Shown one piece after another: positions 25,601 to 37,900 of a DNA stretch of 64,000 bases (the first letter of the stretch is position 1; each line of letters starts with the position of its first letter). A model generated the notes under the pieces. It did no database searches and had not been told where the DNA came from. It saw nothing but the letters and a program-made list of their open reading frames with translations. The DNA comes from Hemiscyllium ocellatum (Eukaryota), in contig NC_083435.1 of assembly GCF_020745735.1 (NCBI RefSeq), positions 36,667,090 to 36,731,089 on the forward strand. Direction: 5' to 3'. The position numbers and the translations under genes are program-made.

Positions 25601-25842
25601 CCATCCCCCACACTGCACTCCCTCAACCCCACCATCCACTCTCTTCCTCCAACCCCTCTTCCTCCACTCCCTTTGTGCTGTGCCCCCTGGGTCTGGTTTG
25701 TTAATGCTGAGGGGAATTGAATCCTGGGTCCTGTGACTGAGCAACAATAACTCAAAATGGTCACGTTTATATTTTGTTCCATTTCTCACGGTCTGTTTTT
25801 ATTTTCTCAGCTTCTGATATGTCTGTTCCAGCTCCTTCATGA
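13588..25842 (+). CDS. MHC class I heavy chain gene A (nonclassical), complete 7-exon CDS
   Basis: join(13588-13639,15074-15334,16732-17007,17124-17402,24768-24875,25282-25314,25811-25842). All introns GT-AG phase 1, no stops. Contains signal peptide, alpha1 (EYW, NQT glycan site), alpha2 (GFDGKDY, KEKW, RYL), Ig-C1 alpha3 ([15 protein letters not shown]), TM and tail. Confidence 0.92.
14060..14960 (-). mobile_element. LINE RT fragments in gene A intron 1
   Basis: ORF 14471-14698 (KATFDHVWHQG...RAPQG); related copy about 52300-53100. Confidence 0.65.
15074..15334 (+). CDS. gene A alpha1 exon
   Basis: ttgcag|ACACC...TCTG|gtaag, 261 bp, class I alpha1 motifs. Confidence 0.93.
16215..16600. 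repeat. 39-bp minisatellite, about 10 copies, gene A intron 2
   Basis: unit cactccactcagtccatcccccagcactgacccctgggt; 13-aa periodicity in overlapping ORFs. Confidence 0.92.
16732..17007 (+). CDS. gene A alpha2 exon
   Basis: gatag|GAATT...AAAG|gtatg, 276 bp, GIHTFQW...[13 protein letters not shown], contains no Cys. Confidence 0.93.
17124..17402 (+). CDS. gene A alpha3 (Ig C1) exon
   Basis: cacag|TTCAG...TGGG|gtaag, 279 bp, both Ig cysteines and the Trp present. Confidence 0.95.
18391..18627 (+). mobile_element. HE1-type tRNA-derived V-SINE
   Basis: ggcacggtggctcagtggttagcactgctgcctcacag A box, gttcgattccc B box, V-domain gtgggtttcctctgggtgctccagtttcc; duplicate at 58445-58681. Confidence 0.85.
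18628..22421 (-). mobile_element. long CR1 LINE (ORF2 EN+RT, ORF1 esterase remnant) with inverted ORF1 5' segment
   Basis: 3' tail aacaaagaacaaagaa at 18628; RT 19344-19955 ([18 protein letters not shown]); EN 20948-21535 (YYRPP, MGDFNFP); ORF1 fragment on + at about 22030-22421. Confidence 0.85.
23170..23568 (-). mobile_element. HE1-type V-SINE
   Basis: reverse-complement SINE head/body and agatt-type tail; duplicate about 63126-63520. Confidence 0.8.
24768..24875 (+). CDS. gene A transmembrane exon
   Basis: tttcag|...|gtaag, EVLKNSAGYAHLGIVIGLVAAMAAIFGIIIWKKPWK. Confidence 0.85.
25282..25314 (+). CDS. gene A cytoplasmic exon
   Basis: ctgcag|...|gtaagt, GSPGGTYTTAP. Confidence 0.8.
25811..25842 (+). 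CDS. gene A last coding exon
   Basis: ctcag|CTTCT..., TSDMSVPAPS-stop, donor gtgagt at 25847; probable 3'UTR exon from 26496. Confidence 0.75.
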
Positions 25843-25894
25843 TTTGGTGAGTGACATTTTAACGTAGCTCCAGTGATATGTAACATTTTCATGC

Positions 25895-26452
25895 CCCACC
25901 TGACCCTGTCCCACCCTCCCAGTCACTGTTAAACTCTATCAGACTAATTCTCCTCCCCCCACACCCTGTCCCACCCTCCCAGACACTGTTAAACCCTGTC
26001 AGACTAATTCCCCTCCCCTCCTGACACTGTCCCACCCTCCCAGACACTGTTAAACCCTGTCAGACTAACCTCCCTCCCCTCCTGACCCTGTCCCACCCTC
26101 CCAGACACTGTTAAACCGTCAGACTAATTCCCCTCCTCTCCTGACCCTGTCCCACCCTCCCAGACACTGTTAAACCCTGTCAGACTGATTCCCCTCTCCT
26201 CCTCACCCTGTCCCACCCTCCCAGACCCTGTTAAACCCTGTCAGACTAATTCCCCTCCACTCCTGACCGTGTCCCTCCCTCCCAGACACTGTTAAACCCT
26301 GTCAGACTAATTCCCCTCGCTCCCTGACCCTATCTCACCCTCCCAGACACTGTTAAACCCTGTCAGACTAATTCCCCTCCACTCCTGACCCTGTCCCACC
26401 CTCCCAGACACTGTTAAACCCTGTCAGACTAATTTCACTCCCTCCCCACCCT
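25895..26452. repeat. about 61-bp minisatellite, 9 copies, gene A last intron
   Basis: same unit. Confidence 0.9.
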
Positions 26453-27959
26453 GAAGTGATTGCCTCGTGTCTGTCATTCCTGACCTTCACTGCAGGTCAT
26501 TCCTGGAGCCTTATTGTGGAATAATGGGATTCTCCTGTTCCAGTGTGAACATGGACATCATTGTCCATCCTTCCATATCACAGCAGACACACAGAATTAC
26601 AGCTCATTGCTCACACCCAGTTCTTTCTGGATTGAGATTGAGTTTTCCTGGGAATGTGTTTCCACAGATTGAACGGTGGATCCTGGATCTGCAGGTTTGG
26701 ATCCCGATGCTTCAAATGAGACCTTCTCAAGTCGTGTTTCCATCCCGTCTCAGAAATGTGAGCAGTGTCACCGTCAGAGGGATCTTCATGGATGGTTCCT
26801 CCCTCACACTTTCTGATCCTCACTGTCTTCAGTGGGTCAGTGATTGACCTGAAATGTTTCAATGTCCTGAACTCCCTCTGAGCGAGGTTTGTACTGTAGG
26901 ACGTGAATCATTTCTGCACTTTATGCAACAAAATTTTAACTTTTATGTTAAAGTCTCTATGAATTTTGTAACTGTCTGATTGTTAGATTGATATCTCTCT
27001 CTCACTATTTAACTTCTACTTTTCTATTTTTATTCTCATCTGTTTTAAGCCGAACTGATCTGTTTTGCACTTTACGGAAACAGTGTGATCAAATGTGAAC
27101 TTTTATGTCAACTTCCTTTATTTTGTTCAGGATGCACAGCGTAGTGTTTATTTAATGTGTGTGTTTCAGAGTTGGATGGTTGATAATGTCTGGGAGTGTT
27201 CATTCCCTGGGGTGGGGGAGCGGGGAATGTCCTTTCGGAAGGATCTGAATGAGTGTGAAGAGAGGGCCAGGCAGCTGCTGGGAATCAGGAATACTTCACT
27301 GACTGGTGACCCAGCAGCTATTGGAGGGAGGAAAGGGCAGGCTCACCAGCTGAATGTTTCACCCAGGGCTGAGCACACAAGGTTCTGGGCTGGGACAGAT
27401 GGAGAGGAACCTTCATTGTCAATGTTTCCTTCTGACAGGTGCTGCCTTTGGACACACCGCCTGGAGGGGGAGGGGGGGAAGGGAGAGTCTGTGTCAGCAG
27501 CTGAGACTCTGTCTTACTCCCCTCTGTGACCCAGGGCTCGGTGCCCCTCCAGGTCCCCTGCCTACTCCCTCGGCTGCTGTCACCCACCACTTTCCCCTAG
27601 ACACACACACAAACACACCACACACACAATCACGCACATATTCAGCGACACACACACATACACCGAGAGACCATATATCCAACGCTAACATCTGTCAGAA
27701 AAAACATTGACAACAAATACTCACACCTCAGTGAGTGATGTTTGTGTCATGCAGTGGGTTTTGAGTTTTATTGGCGAAACTCTTAAAAAAAAAAATGTGG
27801 TCCTGTGATGATGGCAAGTCAGTGTTTATAATATAAAATTTGCATTTCACAAATGATATCTCTTTTTGTTTAAAATACATTAAATGTGTCAACTATCATC
27901 TGCAGTTAACACTTAATTACTAGATACAGTTCACAAAAAATATTCCTCAACAAAACTCT

Positions 27960-29400
27960 TCCTTGCAGTCTGTCCCACTTTCCCCTGAAGCCGTCCCACC
28001 TGGTGTGGGCACAAGTTGGTGATCCTGGTTGTTTGAGTGAAAGCTGCTTCTTGTTCCTGCCCCAGTACCACTGGCCCTCCTCAGGACTGAGCTTGGACAT
28101 TGGTTCACAGTCTCATGACAAATTAGACAAGAACTTTCCGGTGTGGTTTATGTGACCAACACAACACTGCACACTTCTCACATCTGTTCATCCCCATGTC
28201 TTTGTTACAGCTCTCACCTTGTCAGGATCAGGCTGAAGTCCTCTCACTATCGAACATTTCCCGTGCACTCGACTTCAGTTCCCTTCACCTCTTCCTTTTC
28301 AGCTTCCGCTTCATCTGTCAGGACCCCTCCGCAGTCACATTACATTTTAATCAGAAACTGTGCAATGGCTTCTTTCACTGTCTTTCACATCTATATATGA
28401 GCAGCTAATCCACAATAATATCCACTGTCAGAAGATCCCTGATGTTCTCATGCTGTCTGCTTTGATGCTGTTCTGGAACAATCATTGAAATCCTTTGGAT
28501 CGATGCAGACTCTCAGATTTCCAGGTGTTTTTTTTCCCCATGGCCGCGATGCTGCAAATGCATTCTGTGGGAGTTGTCCCTTTCTTGATAACTCTCTGTT
28601 TGTTCCCAGCTCGACTATCTTTCCTTTCAGGTTGGACAGGAGGGCAGCTGGATCTCTCCTCAGCAAATGCTGCACTGGTCTCACACTCTCATCCTCTTTG
28701 AGATGATATGTGTTGCCAATCTAAGCTTTAGACTTGCTTCAGCTGGGATGAATGGATTGTTACTCAATGTCTACGATCTGGATCTGCTGGTCTTTATTGT
28801 GACAATCACATTGGTTTCTCAGCTTCATTTGTCCTCTTGGGAAGAGTGAGGTTTCATTAGGTGGTCTCATATTTACCTTTGATGGATTCGTTTTCAGGTC
28901 ATCAAATAGAGCCACTTCACATTGTGTCGTGAAGATTATGATGTTGCATGAATCACTGGCGCCTGTCTGACAGTTCACATTCACCTGATGCTCTCCTTCT
29001 GCAGTTATCATTCTAACAATAACAAACCATTTGTTACCTTGAGACCCAGTGATACTGACAGGTTATATAGTTTAGAATGACCCATTTAGAATCACCATCT
29101 GACACGTGTCCGGCAATAATCAGTTTGGGCCTGCTTTTCCTCTTTTGAGCTGAAGACTTGTGTTTAAAGTGAATCAGATTCTTGCAGGTAGACCATAAAT
29201 TCCCCAACACTTGATGTCCTTCCTTTTCTTTGCTGTGTTGTCCTCTACAACATTTACATCCTGTACACTGGGGCTTGATGTTTCTGCTGGCCCTTCAGCA
29301 AATGTTTCTTCTTGTTTTTCCCATTATGCTGTTCTTGTTTACCGGGACAGAGTCTCAGCATAATGCAAAACCTTGTCTTTGTCCGTTAATCCTCTCCAGC
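27960..29400 (-). mobile_element. duplicate copy of the decayed Gypsy relic
   Basis: near-identical to 8850-10290. Confidence 0.55.
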
Positions 29401-31625
29401 TTTGATTGACAACCTCAGAGCTTCTGCACACGGCAATAGATTTCTCGAGCAAGTTTCTCCTCTCTCAGAAGCTGCGCTGTCATGGTGGGACCTCTCAAAA
29501 GACATTCTTATCTCCAACAAGATTAGCTTCTATTATCCAGACTCTGAGATTCCAGCCAGATACCTCAATGCCATCACCGTACTGATCCATATTCTTTGTC
29601 TCCTTCAGGGATTTGATGTCCAGCACAGCTCCGTTCTGTGTAATCAGTAATGGAGTGCTCAAAAAATAGCTTCAAGGCTTTCAAAATGTCTCCAGCCTGA
29701 TGTTTCTGTCCCCAGTGAGGTCTAGAATGTAGACCAGCTTGTAGCTGTAGCTTGGGCCTGATGGGATGCATCCCAGCGCATTCAAGGAAGTAGCCACAGA
29801 GATAGTTGATGCATTGAATCTTCTGGAAATTATCCGATTCTGGAAAAATCCCAGAGGATTCAAAATCCGCCACTTTTACTTAAAAAAGAAAGGAAACAAA
29901 AAATGATAACTTTTGGCTGGTCAGTTTGATGCCTGTTATTGGGAAAATGAATCTAGAAATAAACAGCATGACCAAGCAGAATCAGCATGGCATTGTGAAG
30001 GGGAAATCCTGCCTGAAAAATAAATAAAACTCTTTGAGGAAGGAACAAGCAAGATAGATACAGCGGAAGCAGTGGGTGAACTGTCTGGATTTTTGATAAT
30101 TGCCCATATATGAGGCTACTCAATAAGATAAGAGCCCATGATGGTGGAGGTAGTATATTAGTATTGATTGAGGATTAGCAAAGGAATTAAAGAGAGAGAG
30201 TTCCAATCAAGGCAGCGTTTTCACAATAGCAGCCTGGAACTAGTGCCACAGGGATCAGTGTTGGGGCCATAACTATTTACAAAAGATATTAATGACATGG
30301 AAGAGAAAAGTGAATGTAATACAGTCTGGTTTGAGGATGATACAAAAAGATGTGGGATGGCAAGTGATGAAGATGACATGAAGTGTCTGCAGAGGGATAT
30401 AACGAGGTTGACTGAATGGGCCAACACTTGGCAGATGGAATGTAATGTGGGAAAATGTAGGTTATGAACTTTGTCAGGACAAACACAGGGACTGAATATC
30501 ATTCAAATGGAGAAAGCCACAGGAAAGAGGGAATTCAGGGTCTTCAGCCCTGAATCACAAAAAGCCAGTGTTCAGGTTCAGCCGGAAGGCAAATGGAACG
30601 TTGGCCTTGACTTCAAAAGGATGGAGTGTAAAAGTAAGGAGGTTTTGTAAAAACTATAGATGGCACTGGTCAGACCCAGTGGGAAGACGGTGACCAGGTT
30701 TGGGCCCTTTATCTAAGGAAGGATATCCTGGTAGTGAGGGCAGTCTGAAGAAGGTTCACTCGGCCGCTCCCAGATATGGAGGTTCAGTCTGATGGGGAGA
30801 GCTTGAGTAGAGTAGCCTGCACTCATTGGAACATAGAAACATGAGAGGTGGCCTTTCCCCAGAGGAGGGGAGTCCAAAACTAGAGGATAGAGGGATAAGA
30901 GGGGAAAGATTTAAAGGGAGCTGAGGGGCCAGTTTTTCACACAAGGAGTGGTGGGTATATGGAACCAGCTGCCAGAGGATGTGGTAGAGGTGAGTACAAT
31001 TACAATATTCAAAAGACATTCGGACAGGTACATGGACAGGAAAGGTCGAGGGGAATACAGGACAAACACAGACAAATGGGATTCATCTAGTTTAGGAAAC
31101 CTGGTGGTGGACGAGTTGGGCTGAAGGGTCTGCTTCTATGCTGTATGTTTCTACAACTCTCTCTGACTCTAGGCCTGCACTAGAAGTAACTCCCAGACCA
31201 TGGGCCCTTCAGGACCTCACTCTGGAGCTCAGGGTCACCTGGTACTTGCCTTGCATCAGCCAGGTCACTGTGTACAGGGATAAACAGTATCTTCCATACC
31301 CAGACAGACTGACCTTAATACATATCGCTGGATACAGGGAGAAATGTACAAGTTTAAACGGATGCAAAGAGGGATGCATCCACCCGGATAGAGATGAGAG
31401 TTCAGGGTCTCACATGACCAGCTTTTATAATTGGATAGGGATCACTGTCCTTTCTAATGAAGAGTGGGAGCGGGGCTGTCGGATGGAGAATGAGGATTTC
31501 CCTCCCATTTCAGCTGCAGCACACGGTCTGTGCTTTCACCTCCTGGAGCGATCCCCGTTCCTGATGTGGGCAGCGTCTCAAACCTGCAGCTCTTGGTGTC
31601 AAACCCCTGTGTGTCTGCCTTTCAG

Positions 31626-31697
31626 TCTCCCGGTAACTGGTGACACTCTCACGGTTTCACATTTAATTGGGTGTTTTTTTCTGATACGAACCAATCA
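31626..31697 (+). promoter_or_regulatory. gene B X box / Y box / CCAAT module
   Basis: same motifs as A: X 31626-31646, ATTGG 31666-31670, CCAATCA 31691-31697. Confidence 0.65.
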
Positions 31698-31854
31698 TTC
31701 CCCTCTCTGTTTGAGTTGGAGGAAGTGATCAAATTTCCGTCCAACTTGGAGAATGGACTCACTACAGACGTTTTTCTTTGTCATTTCCAGTCCATTATCA
31801 GCAGCTTTTACCCCAATCCGTTTTTGATGGGAATAGGGAGAGTGGATTCCCAGA

Positions 31855-31906
31855 ATGTGGCTGATCCTTCTCTCCATCTCCCTGTGTTTTTCCCGGGTCT
31901 CTCCCG
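31855..31906 (+). CDS. gene B leader exon
   Basis: [17 protein letters not shown]+G|gtaagt. Confidence 0.87.
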
Positions 31907-34900
31907 GTAAGTACAGAATTCAGCTTTCCATTCTCTCTCTCTCTCTGTGTGTGGGGTGAATGTGAGTCTCTTGGGGAGAGTTTGAAATGGGGGATGTTTG
32001 ATCAGCCGCCTGTTATACAGCCAGCCTCATCTTTTACACATTGAAGGCAGCACAGTCTGGGAGACTCTGATGGGATTTGTGTCCAGGTCTCCTGACAGCA
32101 GGATGTAGAAACCCCGAGATCAGAGAAACTCCGAGAAAATGGGAAATGGTTCCAATGGAGAATTTTAATTTTCACATCGATTGGGAGAAGCCAAACAGCT
32201 TCATCATTCCTGGTCTAAAGTCTTGTAAACACTGCGGGGAGGAGAAGGAGACTCCATGTCTAACCCAGCCCAGGCTCAGCTGTGATGCCCTCATGGTTGA
32301 ATAGGTCGGGTTATCTCAGACACCAACATCCTACTGGCCGTGTATAAAGGGCTGATTAAAAAGCTCAGTGAAGGACAGTGGGGATCCTGTTCGGGATTGT
32401 CCATCCCCCTATTTGACAGAGAGACTGTTCACACAGTGACTGTCCCCTATGGTCTCACACTTCATCCTCCCAAATATTCCTGTTTCTCTTCATTTCAATC
32501 CGGATTCACTCACCCCACACCTTTCCTGGTTATGGATAAACCTGCCCTCGGATTATCCTGAATTCCTCACTCCAGATGGACCATGGGCAGGAGAGTCCTT
32601 TCAATGTCCTTTTTCAGTCTATCCTGGGACATTGCTCCAGGTTAGTGATAGACCGGGTTTGTCCCTGGCTCCTGCTCCAGGTTAGTGATAGACCGGGTTT
32701 GTCCCTGGCTACTGCTCCAGGTTAGTGATAGACCGGGTTTGTCCCTGGCTCCTGCTCCAGGTTAGTGATAGACCGGGTTTGTCCCAGGCTACTATCCAGG
32801 TTAGTGATAGACTTGGTTTGTCCCTGGCTACTGCTCCAGGTTAGTGATAGACCGGGTTTGTCCCAGGCTACTATCCAGGTTCGTGATAGACCGGGTTTGT
32901 CCCTGGCTACTGCTCCAGGTTAGTGATAGACCGGGTTTGTCCCTGGCTACTGCTCCAGGTTAGTGATAGACCGGGTTTGTCCCAGGCTACTATCCAGGTT
33001 AGTGATAGACCTGGTTTGTCCCTGGCTACTGCTCCAGGTTAGTGATAGACCGGGTTTGTCCCTAACTACTATCCAGGTTAGTGATAGACCGGGTTTGTCC
33101 CAGGCTACTATCCAGGTTAGTGATAGACCGGGTTTGTCCCTGGCTACTGCTCCAGGTTAGTGATAGACCGGGTTTGTCCCAGGCTACTATCCAGGTTAGT
33201 GATAGACCGGGTTTGTCCCTGGCTACTATCCAGGTTAGTGATAGACCGGGTTTGTCCCTGGCTATTGCTCCAGGTTAGTGATAGACCGGGTTTGTCCCTG
33301 GCTACTATCCAGGTTAGTGATAGACCGGGTTTGTCCCTGGCTATTGCTCCAGGTTTGTGATAGACCGGGTTTGTCCCAGGCTACTATCCAGGTTAGTGAT
33401 AGACCGGGTTTGTCCCTGGCTATTGCTCCAGGTTAGTGATAGACCGGGTTTGTCCCAGACTACTATCCAGGTTAGTGATAGACCGGGTTTGTCCCTGGCT
33501 ACTGCTCCAGGTTAGTGATAGACCGGGTTTGTCCCTAACTACTATCCAGGTTCGTGATAGACTGTGTACCAGGTTACTGTTGCAAATTAGTGATTAATCT
33601 GTTTAACATTCCTGTCCCAGCCTCTTCCCTGCGTCCACACTGACTCCATTAAGGTTAGATTAGATTCCCTAAAGTATGGAAACCGGCCCTTCGGCCCAAC
33701 AAGTCCACACCGACCCTCCGAAGAGCAACCCACCCAGTCCTATTCCCCTACATCTGACACTACGGGCAATTTAGCATGGTCAATTCACCTCACCTGCACA
33801 TATTTGGACTGTGGGAGGAAACCGGAGCACCCAGAGGAAACCCACACAGACACAGGGAGAATGTGCAAACTCTGCACAGTCACCTGAGGCGGGAATTGAA
33901 CCCGGTCCCTGGCACTGTGTAACCACTGAACCACCGTGCCACCCCAAGTATCTGAGTGATCCTGATTCTGTGTTTACTCCCTGTTCTGAGAGGCTGCAGC
34001 AGCTAATTCTGTCCCAGTTGTGTCTGATTCGCTTTATGACATCAGACAGGACTCTGACAGTCTGATGAAGTGGTGGACTATGGGAGATAGTCACTGTGTA
34101 GATGGGTCCTTAGACAGATTGTAGTCCATGTAAATAGCTAGTAACCTGTCTCTTGTCCTTTTACAGATGCTAACACATTTTCAGTGATCTTCACAGCAGT
34201 CTCTGGCATTTATGATATGCCTGAGGTTATTGGGATTGCAATGGTCAATGGAATCCAGATTGATTATTTTGACACCAAACTCAATCAGACCGTCCCTAAA
34301 TTGCAGTTCATGGCAGACACTTTTGGTGTTGAATACTGGAAATATATCACAAGTCTCGTGAAGACACGATCAGACATTGCAAAGCAGGTTCTGGATACAA
34401 TGATGAAAAGTACAAACCAGACAACTGGTAAGTTCAGTGTGTGATGAAGCAGACCAACCCCCGCCTCAAAACATATGAAGAAAATGGCCTGGACCCTAAC
34501 TTCTCATTTTTTGTTAAGGCAAGTGTAAGGCACTCTTTTCAGTTTTGGTTTGATTGGTCATCATCTTAGCTTTCAGCAAAACACATTTTATTCTTACAAC
34601 ATGAGGGATTGATGAAGGCAGATTGGTGGATTGATCTATATGGACTTCAGTAAGGTTTTCAACTAGGGAGACTGGTTCGCAAGGGTAGATCTCATGAAAT
34701 ACCAGGAGAATCAGCCATTTGGATTCAGAACTGGCTTGAAGGTCGAAGACAGAGAGTAGTGATGGAGGGTTGGTTTTCAGACTAAAAGCCTGTGACCAGT
34801 GGAGTGTGCCACTAGGATCAGCGCTGGGTCCACTGCTTTCCATCATTTATATAAGTGATTTAGATGTGAACATAGGAGCTATTGTTAGTAAGTTTGCAGA

Positions 34901-37900
34901 TCGCATCAAAATTGGAGATGTAGTGGACAGCAAAAAACATTACCTCAGAGTACAATGAGATCTTGAGCAGATGGACCAATGGGCTGTGGAGCGGTTAATG
35001 AAGTTGTTATGAAGATGTGGGTGTATTGTAACTTTAAGAGAGTTAAAAGCAACAGACCTACCTGACAGAACCAGTATTCTGAAAAAACTATGTAATGTAA
35101 CATTTGGTCGAACAGCTTGATTAGCTGGTTGTCTGGAGACAAAAACAGATTCAAATTAGGCCAATCAGTTTAAATTATATCCCCCCCCCCCCCCCAAAAA
35201 ATACCTCCAATCCAGTTAGAACTTAGTATATTAACAATTTTAAAAACCAATGACACATTCCAATGCTTTGGGGATATAAATCTGGGGAAAGTGTAACAGT
35301 TGGGAGGAGAGCAGCCAAGCCACTAGCATGTAAAAAGGCTGCCCAAAAAAGAACCGTCTCAAAGGTACCATTATCACTCAGTAACCTAGGAAGCAGAAGT
35401 CCTGAGAAGAAGAAAAGAAGACAGGAATACAGAGAAGAACCGAAAGCTGTTTGGGTTGGAGATAAGAAATTTTGTTTTGTAAACTTAATCAGGAGTTTTA
35501 TCTGACTAGTATTGTAGAAAGGGAAAGTAAAAGATAGGTTAGAGGAAGGAGTTGTAAATAGTTGTTAGTTAATTATTCTCTGTTATTCTTTAAGAAATAA
35601 AGTTGTTACTTTCCCTTTAATTATTTCTTGGCCTATCAACTTTCACACATTGCTGCACAGGATAAATCTTTTCTGTGTTGCTGGGTTAAAATAAGCAGGA
35701 GGGTTTACCCATGTCATTTTTTTTAGTTTAATTTAGATAAATGTGAGGTGCGGCACATTGGAAAGGCAAATCTTAGCAGGACTTATTCGCTTAATGGCAA
35801 GGTCCTAGGAGTGTTGCTGAACAAAGAGACCTTGGAGTGCAGGTTTATAGCTCCCTGACAGTGTGAGAGAGAGAGAGAGGGAAGATGTTGAATGCGATAG
35901 TGAAAGTGAGCCTTGGTGGGAAGTGGGTGTAGTGACAGCAATAGTGTATGTGAGGCAGCAGAGAACAGATGATGGCCCTTACCCTGACAGAGCAGAGAAG
36001 GTCAATGAGCTTCTTCCTCCATTTGCTGAGCCTTCCTCCAGGCAGCTGACACTGCACTGACCCAGGGGACAACCTGCCAGCAGGATGTCAGGGTGTAGTA
36101 AGTGCCTCTCTCTGCTGGTCCTGAGAGAAGAGGACACTCCTCCTCTACACCACCCTGTCCATCAGCACTCCCACTACCCATCCACAAAGCATGACGCAAT
36201 ATTCCTCTGCTGTCCCAAATATCCTAAAGTGTGCAGGACAGATCCAGACAGACAGTCCCTGCCCAGGTGAGCAACGTGTTCAATTCTTTGGAAGTTGGCA
36301 GCAGCTTCAGAGATGCCAGTCCATTCTGGGATACCCAGACAGTGATGGGTTCTCAGTATTGTCACTGGTAGAATCAGATCACAATGGGTGTCAGGGGTAT
36401 GTCTGGCAGGGCAGGTGATTATTGAGGAGGGTTTAGGATGTTAGAAGGTGGAGACCCATTAGGCCTCATAGATAGAAACTGTCCTTGAAACGTGATGAAA
36501 TTGACCCTTCACAAAATAAAAGCAGAATTCAACCCTGTGGCTGTAACCCACTCTTCAGCTCCAGTGCTGTACGGAAGGATGTCCCTGGATTTTGATCCTG
36601 TGATTGTGAAAGACTGGTGTTGAAGTTCACGTTCCAGTGGGATTGGAGAGGAACTGGCAGGTTTGTGGTGTTCTCAAATATCTTCACACCTTCCCCTTTT
36701 AGGTAGAGTTCGCAGGTTTGGGAGTAGCTGCAATGAGGAGCCTTGGTGAGTTATTGGAGTGTATACCTGGTAGGTAGCACACACTGCTGTCACTGTGCGT
36801 TGGTGCTGTTGGGGGGGTGGGGGGGGGGGGGGGGGAGGAAGGAGGAATGCTTAAGATGATGGATGGGCAGTTGATTTGTCTGGATTCTCTGAAGCCTCAT
36901 GTGGGTTGCTGGAGCTGAAACTATCCAGACAAGTGGAGCATGTTCCATCAGAATTGATTGTTGACCCTTTTTTTGGTCACTGGCAGGAATTCACATTTTT
37001 CAATGGATTAGGAGTGTGGAGGTGAATGAAGATGATAAAGTCAGCAGAGGTTCCACAAAGAGATCGATGCGTTTTGGATTTGATGGAAACGACTATATCA
37101 GCCTTGAGCCAGACAGAATGAGATGGGTTGCTTCCAATGACAACGCAGTGAAGATAAAGGAAAAATGGGATTCTGATGAATCCTGGAACAAATTATGGAA
37201 AGAGCATCTGGAAGAAGTATGCGTTCAGTATTTAATGAGATATTTGCAAGCTGGAAAAAAATACTTCAAAAGGGAAGGTATTTATTTCAGTTGTTATGAC
37301 CCACTGGGACAGTCTGCTGTAAATTGTTCTGTCCCTGGAGACATACCAAATGGTAAAGTTTCTTTTTAAGGTTCACATAGTACCTCAACCTGCTTGATGT
37401 TCAGCCCAAGTTTTATCCAAAACACAGACCAGGTTTCTGTACTAACCAAGAATGATTACTTACCATAAGTAATTAGACTATTGTTACAAGTAAACGGAAA
37501 CATATCCGTGGTATATAACACTACTAACTAAAACTCTAGTCCCTTTATAAAGTCCCCCTTAAACATACAAAGATAAACAAATGGGGAAAATGGATCACTG
37601 AAAGAGGAAAGTCAGTCCAATGGTCTCTGTTTTCTGACATCAATGTTGAAATCATCCTGTCAGTGAGCCAGACCACTTACTGTTCAGTTGTCTTTCTCAC
37701 TTCAAAACACACAGCCCACAGCAAATGCTGCAGGAAAAGGAACTGGTTTACTTCAAGTTTAAAAATCAGGTTCTTTTTACTGCATAGAACAGGTGGCTTC
37801 TACAAGGAAGAACTTCAGCACAGGTGTGTGTGTGTGTGTGTCTGTGTAAGTGTGTCTGTGTAAGTGTGTCTGTGTAAATGTGTCTGTGTAACTTGGTTGC

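Noticed and set aside
13588-25842. Classical class I (UAA) assignment or a firm lineage symbol
   Set aside because: Missing alpha2 disulfide and Y7, R84 and Y159 argue against classical; choosing among nonclassical lineages needs a phylogeny I cannot run.
32630-33570. CRISPR-like array or repeat-protein ORFs (32963-33360)
   Set aside because: Units are contiguous with no unique spacers, the DNA is vertebrate and intronic, and the ORFs are by-products of the repeat.
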